From positions 992,001-1,056,000 of the forward strand of contig OZ234493.1 in the NCBI GenBank assembly GCA_965153455.1: a stretch of 64,000 nt of DNA, written 5' to 3'. The stretch comes from Sphagnum compactum. Taxonomy: Eukaryota. The notes under the pieces were generated by a model, which ran no database searches, was not told where the DNA came from, and saw only the letters and a list, made by a program, of their open reading frames with translations. The position numbers were made by a program, and so were the translations under genes. Of the stretch, positions 63,506-64,000 are shown one piece after another (position 1 is the first letter of the stretch; every line of letters starts with the position of its first letter).

Positions 63506-64000
63506 TGGGGCTGCTGCCTCCCTCCCCGTAAGGAGTTCACCCTGCAGCTCGCCACGGAGGCTACATCCAAATGGCACATTTTCTTGGGACTCCTGAAATG
63601 GAGTCCCGAAACTGTCCCGGCGGGACTCCCAAAACTTTGAGCGGCCATAACTCCCGACTCCGGAGTTTGATCGCAACAAGGTCTAAACCAAAGTTGTAGC
63701 CCTCGTCAAGATCTTTCCAACGCCATGTCGCACTCTCTGAGACGACGTCGGGAAAGAGTCGATTTCCGACTTTTAGTGGTCGGGAGTCAAACTGCCAGTT
63801 TGACTCCCGGCCCTTCTTTTGCCCATAACATGAGCTGCAGATGTCCGAATGGCCAATGCGAGGCCATTTTTGATATCTACATTTCAAGACCTTTCCAATG
63901 TCACAAAGAACACCTCAAGGCGAGGTGTTTTGGGCCTTGCTGTTGCGCTCTAAACATTCGGGAGTCCCGGGGGACTCCAAACCTCCAACTTTTCCAAGTG

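Larger units (their letters stand above)
56136..63541 (+). mobile_element. Full-length L1-group (Tx1-like) LINE, 7.4 kb, inactivated by nonsense mutations
   Basis: TSD CTACAGCTCGCCAC (56122-35) / CTGCAGCTCGCCAC (63542-55). Two overlapping ORFs, a 36-nt 3' UTR and no poly(A). Confidence 0.93.
55803..64000 (-). mobile_element. LTR of a second LTR retrotransposon (55803-56135 plus 63542-end), split by the LINE and running off the window
   Basis: Abrupt GC-rich repeat starting TGACGCGC at 55803 (…GTCA on the minus strand), with recurrent GGGACTCC/GGAGTCCC motifs. The sequence is continuous across the LINE TSD. Orientation is inferred from a TATA-like TAAAAGGGGGAAGG on the minus strand. The second terminus is not visible. 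Confidence 0.65.

Overview
Eukaryotic plant nuclear DNA. It is AT-rich and intron-containing, and its repeat content looks bryophyte/moss-like (an inference, not demonstrated). Two apparently intact host genes are present: an intronless-CDS class I TCP transcription factor (9975-11756, +) and a six-exon cinnamoyl-CoA-reductase-like/DFR-like SDR (41048-38912, -) with a probable GC-AG intron. Between them lies a long, decayed multi-exon gene of unrecognised family (about 18400-38200, -), interrupted by many TEs. One of these is a young, intact Ty1/copia element (31911-37376, TSD GGGCT, half-tRNA-iMet PBS, TG...TA termini). Most of the remainder is nested transposons: hAT elements and MITEs with 8-bp TSDs, GRG-ended MITEs with 4-bp TSDs (Sola-like), short Helitrons, a CACTA inserted inverted into its own family copy inside a hAT transposase, a tRNA-derived SINE-like head and an RLE-type LINE fragment. 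At the right end is a full-length, tail-less L1/Tx1-like LINE (56136-63541) inserted into an LTR. Its first 19 nt resemble its own target site, which suggests a sequence-specific LINE that targets another retrotransposon. All coordinates, splice sites and alignments were read by eye, and no database searches were run.
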